Part shown: positions 34,607-47,800 of the stretch, piece after piece
Numbering within the stretch: position 1 is the first letter of the stretch
Layout: every line of letters starts with the position of its first letter
Assembly: GCF_964355755.1 (NCBI RefSeq)
Contig: NC_092678.1
Coordinates: 4,046,422-4,110,421, forward strand
DNA: 64,000 bases
Origin: Antedon mediterranea
Lineage: Eukaryota > Animalia > Echinodermata
Reading direction: 5' to 3'
The notes under the pieces: generated by a model
Seen by the model: the letters and a program-made list of their open reading frames with translations, nothing else
Database searches by the model: none
Told to the model about the DNA's origin: nothing
Translations under genes and position numbers: made by a program

Positions 34607-36393
34607 ATTATGAACTAAAAGTAGAAAGTGAATCGTTTTTATATGGTTTTTTAGTAACTGTGTTGTTTTAATTTTGTATGGAAGCACCATCTACGCATGT
34701 GTGCCACTGTTAAAAAAAAATGTTGATTCAAATTCAGTAAATATTATATTTGTATAAATGCAGTATTTGTAATACATTACGATATAAATTGTCTAGAGAT
34801 GCATAGGCATGGGAAATTTACAAAATAGATAAAAATATATACATTTTTAGCTTTAGTTTTAAAGTTGTTACAAGTGTGCCATTTATTGGAATCTATATTC
34901 ATTCTATTTTGGCAAATCGCACCGTTAGGTATTGTCTGACGTGTGGCGATGTTGTAAGAGTTTAATTCAATAAAGGTATGCTTAATTCGAGGTGGAGGCC
35001 GTCGTGGTTCAACGAAGGTAGGCCTAATTTTTCTTAAAATCCCTCATATTAAAATGTCCACTTTGGTATGATAATGAATACTAACCAGGGAAAGTGACAT
35101 TAAATGTCCCTGTATCATTTCATATGTCTATACTTTATACAGTTGTACAGTATATAGGCCATGCCAAATTTCGTTTTTCTAATTGTTTTTTCCCTTTTAT
35201 ACAAATCATAGGAAGAATTTCTTTCCAAAAGGAATGAAGGAAAAATTACATTCTGAAATAGAAACTTGTGTTATACGTAACCAAATCTGAATATAAAGTA
35301 TTCCATCTGGATCAAATAGATTGGAACACACATGTGCTTTCTTTGTTTTTGTGTGACAATGGCGACCAAGTACAATGATGCTTTAAGGTAAGTGGTTTAA
35401 TAGTACAGGTTCTGTACTTTTATCAAACAATTAAAAATGCTCAGTTGGACTAATTTATTTATGATTATACTGTATTATGACTATTTATTTACTCTATTTA
35501 ACTAATTGAGGGTGAGAAAGAACCTGTGGTCTATTTATTTATTGGTTCTCTAAATACGTTATGTATATACAGTACTACTGTATACAAATATTTTTGGTAT
35601 TGATATATTTTTCGTCTGAGAGTGTACCACTATTATTTGTTCAATCGAAAGGTTTTAATACAAAAAAAATACACAAATACATACATTATTTTGAATCCTA
35701 AATGTAATTTAATTTTTGTCAATGTCAAATACTGTATAAACCAAGTGGAACATAAAAAACATTTAGAACATACTTTGGATGGTTTAAATAAATACTTGAA
35801 AACAAAAATATACATTTTATGAACATCCGAGCAGGATTATATGTACAGTAGGCTACATCTGTTTTACTAGAAAGCAACAAACTCGTAATTTGCACTGATG
35901 CTCTCGGGCATCATAGCTTCCGCCATCAACGGTAGTCATACTATAGTTGGTCAATGACCATATCTTGAGTACGCCCTCTAGCCAATCTAAATAAACTCAT
36001 TGGAAGGATTGGGAACGCATGTTTTTGGTATATGCGTATATGTTGGTTACGCTCTTGCTTTGCATAACACGTTTTTCATGTGTAATCGAAGTCTAGGCCA
36101 TTTAGTTGCCAACAACAGTTACAGTTTATTCGATTATGATAATTGCCTACACATTGACACACAACAACTGTACTTTATAAATACTGTACTTTGATAATCA
36201 AGTTACAAAATAAAAATAAAATGTTCTTATGAAATAAGATAATAATTATCTATTTCTAGCAACACGCATACAATATTATTTTCACCAATTCACCGTCTTT
36301 AATTGTAAACAGGCCAATTACATTAACATTGGCGTTATATGTTACGTAACGATGTTTTAAGTTGATGTTCTCGCACAAACGTTGATCTATGTG

Positions 36394-36565
36394 AAGCTTG
36401 GTTCCCACTAGAACGTAACGCATGGACGTAAACGCAACGCAAGCGTTTTAACCAATGACAAGCGAAGTTATAGACAGTTTAGCAATCACAAGCGAATAAG
36501 CCATCGCTTGTGATGGGTCAATTCACTTGCGTTACGCCCTTGTGTTGCGTCGCTAGTGGGAACCA
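36394..36565. mobile_element. Palindromic MITE (possibly PIF/Harbinger-derived)
   Basis: TIRs tggttcccactag...ctagtgggaacca with internal inverted acgcaacgcaag / cttgcgtt; no ORF. Confidence 0.8.
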
Positions 36566-37814
36566 GTACGCTTAATCAACGGGTTCTTGCCGCATGTGTT
36601 AACTTCCTCTATTCATTACCATTACAAGTCACTTTCAATGTCTTCCCTTGCATTTAAACACTTCTTTAACCCCATTAAGTTGAATTTCATTCTTTTGCAA
36701 TTAAAGCCCATGACAGTCTGTAATGTTTGAGTTTGTATTTAAGAGTAGTCATTTATAAATGCCTTGATATTTGTTCCATTGATAATATACTTTCAAAATG
36801 TCTATTTGTATATGTGATACCTTTTGCATACTCTTTAATTATGAATAAATGGATCAGGTCGTCTCCCTTCCCCATTTATATACAACTCGTTAACACACTC
36901 AACTATTTCGCTTTTTTTTGATATGTTTGAATTTTGTTTCATTTGTCGTCGGGAATATAACACATAGTGCAATTTGGATTAACGTGTAGCCTACATTCCT
37001 GTCTAGAATAGCTGGTCTAAGTATATCATTAGATGGTTGGCATACTTGTAATGCTACTACTGATTTCTACAAATAGTTTGAGTTTTTTTTAGAACTACAA
37101 TATTAACTAATGGTGTAATAATAGTTAATTCAGTTTTTTCAGTAATTTAATTTTGGGATCAATTCCGTTTTTAATATGGTAACTTGTCTATAGATCTCAC
37201 GGATGTTAGGCCCATTTTAATCTATAAATGCCATATGGTGTAGGCCCTACGTGTACGCTCAATTGTCACGGAGGTACAATGCTATTCGGTGGGATGACAT
37301 GAAGAACTACGTTATAATGTAGTAGTTATATTCTATGACCTAATATCTTATTTTAATTTTATTTATGGTCAATTATGTTTAATTCTAATATGATTTAGAC
37401 TTTTTCTTAACATCAATAGTATAAAAGAGACAAATACATACAAATAGATAGAAAAGTATAGCAATACCATAATACATTGCAGTAGTTGTTTCTCTTTTGA
37501 GCATACATAAATACTCAAAATTAACTTAGTCTTATAGACCTTCCTAATAAATGTCAGGGTAAAACAATTGCTATTTTTAATATTTCTCTGTCCATCGATG
37601 TACCAGTCTGTCTATTGGTCCACTGTCTTTATGTCATGTCCTGTTCGCACGTTAGTCTGCCTGCCAATTATTGGTACCGTAATGTTGTAGGATTGATCTA
37701 TTAATCTTCGTCTATTATTATAATTTAGCAACGCCTTGTCAATCTGTAATGTCAAAATAATATCCAACCAAAGTCTAATCTGTCCGTTTGTTTGTCAGTC
37801 AAACAGCAACATCA

Positions 37815-39707
37815 TCAGCGGTCGACAGTCGCCGTGTTTATAGATGGGGACTTATTTAATCTTAACATTCGTTTAAACGCAATTCTAAAGTTATTGTTAC
37901 ATAGTGGATATATAAACGGATTCATTGCGGAGTTTATATAGCCTAACCAAATGGTGGAATAATAAAAATGTTCATTAACACAGTTTTCACAGAATGGAAC
38001 GATCATAAAAACAACAAAATACGGTAACCAGCAAATAACAAAACATCCAACAATGGCTCCTAGTTGCTTCAAAGCTTTCTTTTCCTTGCTCAATGAAAAT
38101 CGTTTTATCTTCCCGAGAGTTTCACCAGCAATCCCGGTTTGTAGACTCATCCCTATTTTCCTGGATAGTGACGCAGTTCTGGAAAATCCCGAACCGGCGT
38201 CTCCGTTAGAGCGTGGCACTAAAGATGGCCTACCCTGAATGTGTTTTTGCCGTGGGAACGAAGCCGATTTGGATTTCATACATTGTAACATTACGCTATT
38301 ATGATTTTGAATACTAATCGCTTCCTCGTTCTCTTTGACGGTTTGCAACGCCATGTACGAAGACGCTTCGAACTGTTGGCTGCTGACAGTCCGACGTACC
38401 CGCCGTTTTTTGGGCGGGACTTTTGATTGCGTTTGTTGGCTCGTGTTTGTTTCTTCTTTCTTTGCATCCGTTGAAACGTACGTGTTATTGGTAAATTCCG
38501 GTGGTATATATTCCAAATTACTTGTACATCGTCGTAAGTGTAATTTCGGGGATGACAATCCATTTTGTAAAAATTGTTTTTCGTTTATGTTTTCATTGTC
38601 TGCTTCTGCACTGAGTTTTGACGTCATTTCTGATAAATCCATTTCAAAATTACTGTTTGAATCGACCTGATATCCATTCTCTTTTAAGTCATCATCATCT
38701 TCGATTTCTATTTCTGTCGATGTATGTCCCACGTGTTTCAATTTCAGTAATTCCTCTAATTGTTCACAGCCGTTGTGGTTTGGTCGGTTGATGGCGTTAT
38801 TTTTCTTAGGAGTGTCGTTACAAATTGTCCCTTCTTTACTTGTACTCAGTGACTCGTATTCATAATCGAATTCGTCTCCAAATGATCCGCCCTGTGCGCT
38901 TGTTAAATCCAATTGTTGCGTAACAATACGTGCTTCTTCATCAATGCTTTTCTTTTTAAATCCATATGTTTTTCTTCCAACTGCTAACTCACTTCGTCTC
39001 CTAATCTCCCAATATATTCGTATGTATATATAGATCATAATAAACAGTGGGATGTAGAAATTGAACGCCGCAGTGATTATCTTAAAAATGAGATTGTTAT
39101 AAAATTCAGTCTCGCATGTATCGCTAGCAATACTTCGCTGTCCATCCAGAAAAACTAAATGCCAAAATAAAATCGGTATAATCCACAAAGATGAAAAAAT
39201 CCAAACAAATGATATCATGACGGAAGCCCGTTTTACCGTTCTTTTTCGAATATATCGTAACGGTGACGTAATTGACCAATAGCGGTCTAAACTTAGTATA
39301 AATAAATTAAAGATAGACGCTGTGCTACAGACATAATCAACCGATAACCACGCTTGACATACGGGTATTCCTAGGATCCATTTATCGCTAACAAATAGAA
39401 ACATACTTAATGGCGTTACGATCATTCCTATCAACATGTCTGCCACTGCAAGACTCATTATAAAATAGTTACTGACTGTCTGTAAACGCTTTTCAGTTCT
39501 GATTGCGTGTATCACTAACGCGTTACCGATAAATGTTACAATACTGACGCATACCATAAACGTTGCGACCGGTATTACTATTGTTAAGGACATAGTAGTA
39601 GCGTCATTATCATTTGTAGTTGATGAGTTTGTACCGCTAGTTTCAATAGTTGCATCTCGTTGAACCGGATGTGAAAATTGCATTTGCGAAGAAAGTTGTT
39701 GATCCAT
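37815..39707 (-). CDS. HRH1: Histamine H1 receptor-like class A GPCR (intronless CDS, ~630 aa)
   Basis: GN (TM1), LAVAD (TM2), WLSVDYVCSTASIFNLFILSLDRY (TM3), FKIITAAFNFYIP (TM5), KALKQLG..CWLPYF (TM6), WLGYINSAMNPFIY (TM7). First ATG is 39707 (the ORF-track start 39716 is TTG). Tandem splice acceptors at 39762 and 39755 imply upstream UTR exons. Confidence 0.9.
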   Translation of the reverse strand: MDQQLSSQMQFSHPVQRDATIETSGTNSSTTNDNDATTMSLTIVIPVATFMVCVSIVTFIGNALVIHAIRTEKRLQTVSNYFIMSLAVADMLIGMIVTPLSMFLFVSDKWILGIPVCQAWLSVDYVCSTASIFNLFILSLDRYWSITSPLRYIRKRTVKRASVMISFVWIFSSLWIIPILFWHLVFLDGQRSIASDTCETEFYNNLIFKIITAAFNFYIPLFIMIYIYIRIYWEIRRRSELAVGRKTYGFKKKSIDEEARIVTQQLDLTSAQGGSFGDEFDYEYESLSTSKEGTICNDTPKKNNAINRPNHNGCEQLEELLKLKHVGHTSTEIEIEDDDDLKENGYQVDSNSNFEMDLSEMTSKLSAEADNENINEKQFLQNGLSSPKLHLRRCTSNLEYIPPEFTNNTYVSTDAKKEETNTSQQTQSKVPPKKRRVRRTVSSQQFEASSYMALQTVKENEEAISIQNHNSVMLQCMKSKSASFPRQKHIQGRPSLVPRSNGDAGSGFSRTASLSRKIGMSLQTGIAGETLGKIKRFSLSKEKKALKQLGAIVGCFVICWLPYFVVFMIVPFCENCVNEHFYYSTIWLGYINSAMNPFIYPLCNNNFRIAFKRMLRLNKSPSINTATVDR

Positions 39708-42700
39708 TATATCCAACTAACAAAAAATCGTTAGAGCATCGCACCTTTCAACATCTGAAATCTGGAGAAAAGGAAAACTACATTAGGAAACATCTACATA
39801 ATGTGAAACCAACAAGCTGTAAAAACATAAAAGTCAAAAATTAAATTAATAATTTATATTACAGTATTAATAATTTATGTTTAATTTACGATCTTTCTAA
39901 TTTTGTTAACGCAACTGAAATCAAATCTGATATTTTATGAAACATTTAAAGGCAATCATCCGATAGATCACCACCTGTACGCAATTGATGCTTCCTTGCT
40001 AAAAATATACAGTAAGCATCACGCACTAAGCGCAGTAAAACACATTTGAATAGGGCTATACGCCTAAAAAAATATTTGGAAACACAGAAGTTGATGCAAA
40101 CACGTATATGTTGCCTCGTGGCTGGTAGCTTCGCCAGCTTTGAGCGACATTGGTAGACGTCTTTTTTGACAAATTGGTAATATATTTTTTTAATGGCAGC
40201 CGTGGCTTAAAGCAATTAATAATCCTATCGAAGGCTTTGCTATTTTCTAATTCGTTTGTATTAGCAGCTAAAAAATGCTGATTTTTACCATACATAATTT
40301 GTATACTTCATCATTAGCAAGAAAAGTGATACTGCGCATCGTAACTGATTTCATTTTCTGCACGCAGCTGCAATGCGTATGCAAGTGATAGTTAATTTTG
40401 TTGATTTATACATTGATTAAAAACAATCCTTTCAAATAACGATTAAAATAACATGTATGTATGTTAGTAGTCATAAATTTGATAATCATCCCTCCAAGTA
40501 ACACCTTTTTGGCACAACCAAGGGTCCGAGTTTGTCTCATATCCATGTCACAAGGGTGTGGAGAGAGTAGTTCTTTGTTAAAAAATTTCTATTTATCATA
40601 CATTCCAATAATTATCGATCTATAGTTTCCCCTATGCTTCATAATTTTTGGGATTTTATTTGTGTTACACGAGCTTGTTGAAAATAAGCACTTTCTTATC
40701 AGTGGGGGATAGTTCAAATTACACAGTAAAATCTCTATTCTTTTGTACACAAATTTTGTAGAGAGGCATTTTAAAAAGCTATGAAAAATAAACGCTGTGG
40801 TAAAAAATGTTATCAGATGACTAAATATAGGTAATATAACTTGAATTTTACATTTCTGGTATTTTTATTCAACTTCAGATTTTTATTTTCATGATATAGC
40901 AAAAATTATCCACCATATATCCACCATCTTTTTTTCACCTTCTAGGGAGTAACTACCTAACTACTGAAAAACGTCTTCCTGGTTTTTATGACAGAATTTT
41001 GCAAAATTTTGTATTTGACCAGGAAAATTCATGTTTTTTCGTCATGATTTCTGTTACAAATATTTTATTTATGTACAATTAGCCAGATACTATACTTAAA
41101 ATTCATGCCTGTACCTGAGCTTTAACATAACAATTCGTAAAATAATTTCAATTCAAAATTTTGATTTATTAGACAGTAGGCTACATTAAGTATTGCATAA
41201 CCTTCAAAATAATTTGTATTAACTATAATACATGTTTAATATGTAAAACAAAATCCACGGTCATTTTAACGACAATGATGACTTGGCCTTTAGATAGTAA
41301 TTATTCATTTCAAGTGGAAAACGTCACGAACACATTTGTTAACGACCAAAAAATGTTCATCTATAATTAATATAATAAAAAATTATACCTTATTTTCAAA
41401 TCAAAATAGTTTTTAAATGTCTTGCAAATGTATAAACCGTCGAATAATACACTTATAGTACCTAACCTTTAGGCCTACGAGATAGAAACGGTTCCATTGT
41501 CAAGAGCTTGAACAAATATTCAGATACCTTTCGAATGAGAGGAGAGAATCGTAGAATATGTTCAAGATTCCTTGAGTTCTGTCCTCCCACTCCACAGTGT
41601 ACATTATTTTTCGGTTCAGACGATGTTACCCGAGGCTTCGCGAAAACGTGCACCCATCTTGAAAATGGAAGAGTGTCAATATCTCTTCTATCAAATGCTA
41701 ATCGACTTCTGAAACGTGCTCTGATTTTCTAAGAAAATGAGATGAAAGATCACGTTCGACTAACATAAATGAACCCAGTAATAGTACCAAATCATAATTG
41801 ACCAGGTATATGTGATGTGAATACTTCGTATACCATTTCAGGACGTATTCATTTGTGCATACATATATATATATATAATATATTCAAGATTGTTTCTAAT
41901 CAAACACAACATTTTTACTATCATTGAATACTTTTATGTAAATTAGGTTAGATTTATCATATCCCGTGTACATGTAATGCATGTTATTTCAGCAGTCTTT
42001 TTAAAATTTGCTCGACACCATAGAAATGATTTCGGAACAAATGCGAACGCAAGTGTCGTTAAGCGCAACGTGGCTCAAATCTCGGCATGGTGTAAACACA
42101 GCTTTACCTATATACTTTTTGTACATGGTGTAAAGTTGGGGATTATTTACTTTAATATATACGCCCCTTGGAGACACGATCTGTGTAATGTGCCTCTATC
42201 GTAACATTGTAGAAACCGTAGGTCTAGAAGATGTTTGACCTGTTGAACTAGTGATATTAATTTCTCGCCAATGTAATTGATATCAGGTATTTTTATACAC
42301 AGTGTTCATATTTCAGATCGAGTCCATGTTTCACCGGTGGACCAAATCCATATGTTGATATTCTTAGACCTCAGCAGTATAGGAATTTAATTAAACTGAA
42401 CCATATCCATATATCCAAGACAAACCACACGTTAATTTACCCGTAACAACGCTGTATAGGAAATTAAGGAAGATATAGTTTTGACCCACGCATGTTGTCG
42501 AGCATCCATGGAGAAAAAACTGTGCATGTTGAAAAAAATACTTAAATAATTATACTTCTTATTTTGTCGTTTCATATTTTCTCCTTGCTGTGATTTATAT
42601 TTAGAATAGACTAATCTTTGCGTATTATGGTATTACAGTGTTAATTACGAAACGAAAACGCCATTTGTAATATAATAAGCGTAATTTAAGTGACGTGCAC

Positions 42701-45700
42701 GTTGATCGTAATCCACCGCCGATATAAATGTTGTGATCATGTCACTAAATCATCAAACGTACGCCATTGTCGAACAATAATAAACCTAAATGATTGATCT
42801 CTATCCGGAAATGTTTTATTTAGTGATCAATCCAATACTTGACAATGGAGAATAGTATCCATACTTCCACATGGTGAACTGTTTTCTCGTGCTTAATTAT
42901 TGCCATGCGTACGTTTTTACTAATTTGTTGAGATCACCTCAATTAATCAATCATCATAAAACATTGTTAACATTTTGGTAACTAGAGTATACAAGAAATA
43001 TTTACCGGTTGCAATAATAACATTCTTACCAAATTTCGAGTTTCGTTAAAAATACTGCACTGCTTTTACCGTCGCGTAATGCTATACCGTGAATTTCCCA
43101 CGTGCTGCGCCATTTACGCGCGTACCAAGGTCGTACCACTTTCAAGGTCGTACCACTTGCTAATAATATTAGCATATGCTATAAGAAAAAGGACTGTTCT
43201 TTATGAGGCTTCGACGAAAGTTACGACGGTACTGATTGATACAAATCGTGAACATTAATCACCCGTTTCCCTGGCATTATAATTAATGTAAATTTAAACA
43301 TCTATCTAAATTTGGTATATAGATGATTTGAAATAAAAAAAATGTTTATATTATATGAATTCTGCGTCTAAATTGAGGAAAAATTTTACAGAAAAACAAA
43401 CACAAAAAGATAGAATACTTTACAAAGATTCCAAACAAATTTCACATTTAAAAAACACATTAAATTTGCTGAAATCGCTGAAAAATAATGAAAAAAATAG
43501 GATGATTTTGAATCCATAAATGTATGCAAGACAAAACAATACAATTTATTCCCTCTACAAAAGTTGTAAAAAGATAAATTTTTCGACCAATTTAAGAAAC
43601 CAATTTTTAAAAAAGAACATACTTCTTATATATTCACTGCCCACAACCTATAAATAGAAGATAGAATAATAGTAGGTAACGCCTATCTACAGGCGATCGG
43701 GCATTCGGTCAAGGTTAGTTTATCATGTTACAGCTGCGCGCACCTTAAGATATCATAAATACATAGAATAAATGATATTATCATACTTTATTATTAATCT
43801 CCCATTTTTATCTTTAAATTGAGACTGATATTCTCTGATATCATACGCTTCCGGAAAATATCGATCCATTAATTTTTTTTTAAATAACACGTGATCAAGA
43901 GGTTTTTTTGTGGTGAAATAACGCATATACTCACCGATTATGAAAAATTTCTGGAATTTCTTTAAAATATTCCTTTTTTATTAAGAATTCATTTTAAAAC
44001 ATAATAGTAAATTGATGGTAACTTACGTTAGAACATGGTACGAACACTGTTAACTCATTCAGCGAAATTAATCAGTTGGTTGTTGTTTCCGAATATTGAA
44101 CCAGGATTTTGAATCCGCTTGAATCAAAACAGTTTATTTTGAAAAACGTTCATTTCATTCAACGAATTATATTTAATTCAGCATTCAAGGAATAAAATAA
44201 AATTTTCAGCGAAGAATAAGTAAACTGAAACCCATTAGGACATAATGAGTTTTATTATAGAGTAGACCCCAATTAAACCGTTGGTGCCATTTTAAAAGAA
44301 ATGTAATTAATTCGGTACATCATTATGGCTAATTATCTTGGATTAATTTGACTTATTGAAACCCTGATTACTCGTTTATTCATTCATTCAGTTGGTCATT
44401 AAACGCAAAAAATGTAATTAGAAGCCCTAAAGGTACGTTCAGACGAGCGTATCTTGCGAGGCGCGGTATAATTTGAATCATAACTTGTGAGGGGTGTTTT
44501 TAGTTGTCTGCGCCACTCCAAGTGCATAGTACTTGGCAGTTAAAAATGATAACGATCATAATGCCGCCAGCAGTAATGTCCTCGACGTTGTCGACACAAA
44601 CACAATTAGTCTTCACCAGTATCCTCATTATACTCATTATGATCATTACCACAATCAGTCGTCATCATGACCATGGACATATAAAATCACCCACCCCTGC
44701 CACCTGATCGTCATAAGGTTTAAACTGGGTCCACATGGCGCTTTAATTTGGTGTTTTACGAGGAGATGCCAACTTGGCTTTCTTCAAATAATAATAGTAC
44801 AGTACGTGCGCACATCGGCCTTTTGCGTCGCTGATATCTTAAACCATTTTGTCATCTAAAGACCTTCTATTATATTACTACTGAACAAAAAAAAATGTAA
44901 TTTGCCCTAGGAAAATTATTGTAGACTAGACTAAACAATTTTGAAAGGTGTATCGTGCGATGACTTACCATTTTCGTTGCAGACGTGTCCACACCAGTGC
45001 GCAGATGATATATATTGACAAGTGCTCGCGTCATTAAAACTTGATTACAAAATGTAGTCGTACGTTGAACGAGGAGGACTGAATTACTACTATCAAAAGA
45101 CTAATCGAATTTCATGATTTCAGATCAAGAATGTTTTCAAATTTCAAAAGGCAATTATCGCTAACAAAACCCCACTGCAACGCAACGGAAATAACAGTTC
45201 CTACCCATGAAAAGTAATTTGTGAAGTATTTTGAGATTCGAGTTTGTTGTATTCTAAAAATAATAACCCGAGGTGGACTTAGCCAGGGGATATATTTTGA
45301 AGGTGTGTTGTTCAGGAAGGATATTTACCTACACGCGAGAGGTCTTTCTCCGGTTATTTCTCTAACATTGACCCTATAGTCATCCGCTCCACCCTTGAAA
45401 ACGTTTGAATAATTGCTGTTGAATGGAAGATGCGATTCCCGTGGTGACAGAAAGCACCTTTCACTTTCATAAAAAAAAGTGGGTGCGCGCGTCACACTCC
45501 TACAAATTCATATTATACTAATCACTTTGTAGACCTACATGCTGAATACAATTTAATTCATACATTCGGCTTTATACGAATATAGGTTATTTGGCCATGT
45601 TCGGATTCTATAGTCTGACATTAATTAGACAATTATGTGATATAATTGATACATTAATGTTGATGCGCGCACAAAGATGAATATAGTATATTATGTCGAT

Positions 45701-46397
45701 AATGACGTCGTTAATATCACCAATGGGACCGGAAATAAAATATCGATAGTAATAGAAAATTCGAGTAAATGAAATTCAATTTTATATTAATATTTCAACT
45801 CTTCTAAGTGACATATTGATCCAGTTGTTTATCTTTTTTTTTAATTATCAGTTTGACATCAGTACTTCGACACATATTTCTCGAATTAGTTTAATAACTG
45901 TATTGAAATATAGATAATCTGGGGCGATAAACATCGGCTATTATGACATTTTAATTTAAAAAAAATTAAATAGATGTCTTCACTGCAGTTATTTATTACT
46001 AGATTTGTTTTTACAGTTTCAAGGAAAAGTACAATTTATACTCGTTCTCTAAACTATAGACATTAATCTCGTACGTAAAAAACCATGAGGAAACTATTCC
46101 TTCATGTTTAAACTTGCATTGCTTTTGTACTACTGTAGTGTTAGGTTTCCCAACGTTTCAAATAAATTAGAATATACACCTAATTCAATCACCGTCAGAG
46201 AATTGCATTTGCTCTTCTCTATAATAAAATAAATTAAAATTAATAAAATTGCTTTTTCCAATATGATATTCTTACATTTTGCAACAGTGACGTATTGTTA
46301 TGCAATTATACCAATATGACGTTCCTTTAGGCCTATTGATATTATGAAGAAATGCGGATTTAGAAGTAGGCCTACTGTATTAGCCAAGTGGTACCGT

Positions 46398-46425
46398 TCA
46401 TCATCATCATCATCATCATCATCAT
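46398..46425. repeat. (CAT)n microsatellite
   Basis: About 9 perfect CAT units. Confidence 0.9.
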
Positions 46426-47620
46426 TTGAAACCGCATGCCAAATTGTGTGAATCTACTTTCGTAGTGCGTTTTTCACGCTTCCCTGGTTTTATGCACAAC
46501 GCAGTTTCGCGTACCCAGGCCAAGTGTTAATATAATAGAACAATTACTTCCTTAAACTTATTCATCGAGGTGTATGATATGTAAGTGCGAGATGTTTCTG
46601 CATTCTTTTCTATTAATTACTGTGTAACGGAAATGTATAATTTGGTAAAAATACGATGTAATGAGCTTCATTAGTTTATCCACATGAGACCAGTGTTGAA
46701 AGCTCACCTGGGGGTTAGAACATATTAATATGCAGCAACTGCTGGTACCAAGGTACCTGAATTTTATTGTGAATTCCAGGCAGGAAATGGACAATACCTC
46801 CGGGAAATGGAGTATGTATTCTATAGACATTAGTTCCATTGGTTGAAATAATATTAATGCGAAGTGATATGAGAATTGACGGTGTATGACGCACCTATTA
46901 TTAATGTCATAATTAAATACATTTAGTGAGACGCTCAGACTATCGAATCGATATGAAAAGAGCTTTCGTAACTATGATTTATACGACACTTTAACAAGAT
47001 TTAAAATAACATATAACCGACCAGTGATAATGCTTAAAATAAATATAAGAGAAAAGAAAAAAAATATCATGACATCATAGTAAGAAACACATAATAAATG
47101 TTTCATGTTTAAGTAATTAAAAAAAAAATATTCGTATGAAAACAACATTGATAAACACATCATTTGAGAAAGAACAACACTTTTTGTATATTCTCTTAGT
47201 TATAAAGGTAATATCTTAATTCGATTAATATATTTTAATTACTGTAGTTTAATTAACAAGCACTCGAAAAATTCCTTGTGCCAAAATTGAATGAGAGACC
47301 TTTACAATATTGATATGAACCCATTCATTTAGATCATAAACTTAGCGTAATGTTCTGTGCACCAAGACAAATACGACAGGTGTAGTGCGGAGCACAGGTG
47401 TTCACGACGACAGGTAAATTGAGGAAGAGTAGTACATGTTTAATTAGATTCACCTGATGGGTTTTAATAGATATTTGCCGTCAAACTCTTATATTTCAAT
47501 ACAAAAAACAGCATGACTCTGATAATAAGATTAAACCGATGGTTCTTTCATTCAGGACTACTTTCCATAGGAACATTTCCGGAGCTATCAAACCAAATTG
47601 GAATTGGCCATGACGGCAAA

Positions 47621-47800
47621 GTCAGACAGTGTCGTACAACGGGGCCCGACGAAACGTCTTGACACGTCGGTGCTTTCTGAGTTGAATTCCGACGAGACGA
47701 GTCATCTTGAGATAGCGTCGGACGTAGTTTTTAGGTTGTCGCGAGAACTTTAAACATGTTTAATTTTCTACCGACGAGACTACTCGTCGGGCCCGACACA
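47621..47800. mobile_element. Probable DNA-transposon/MITE remnant
   Basis: CpG-rich with repeated ccgacga / cgtcgg in both orientations, gggcccgac twice and a taaacatgttta palindrome. Confidence 0.4.

Noticed and set aside
33184-34690. 60-73 aa ORFs overlapping U1
   Set aside because: Incidental frames across the snRNA genes.
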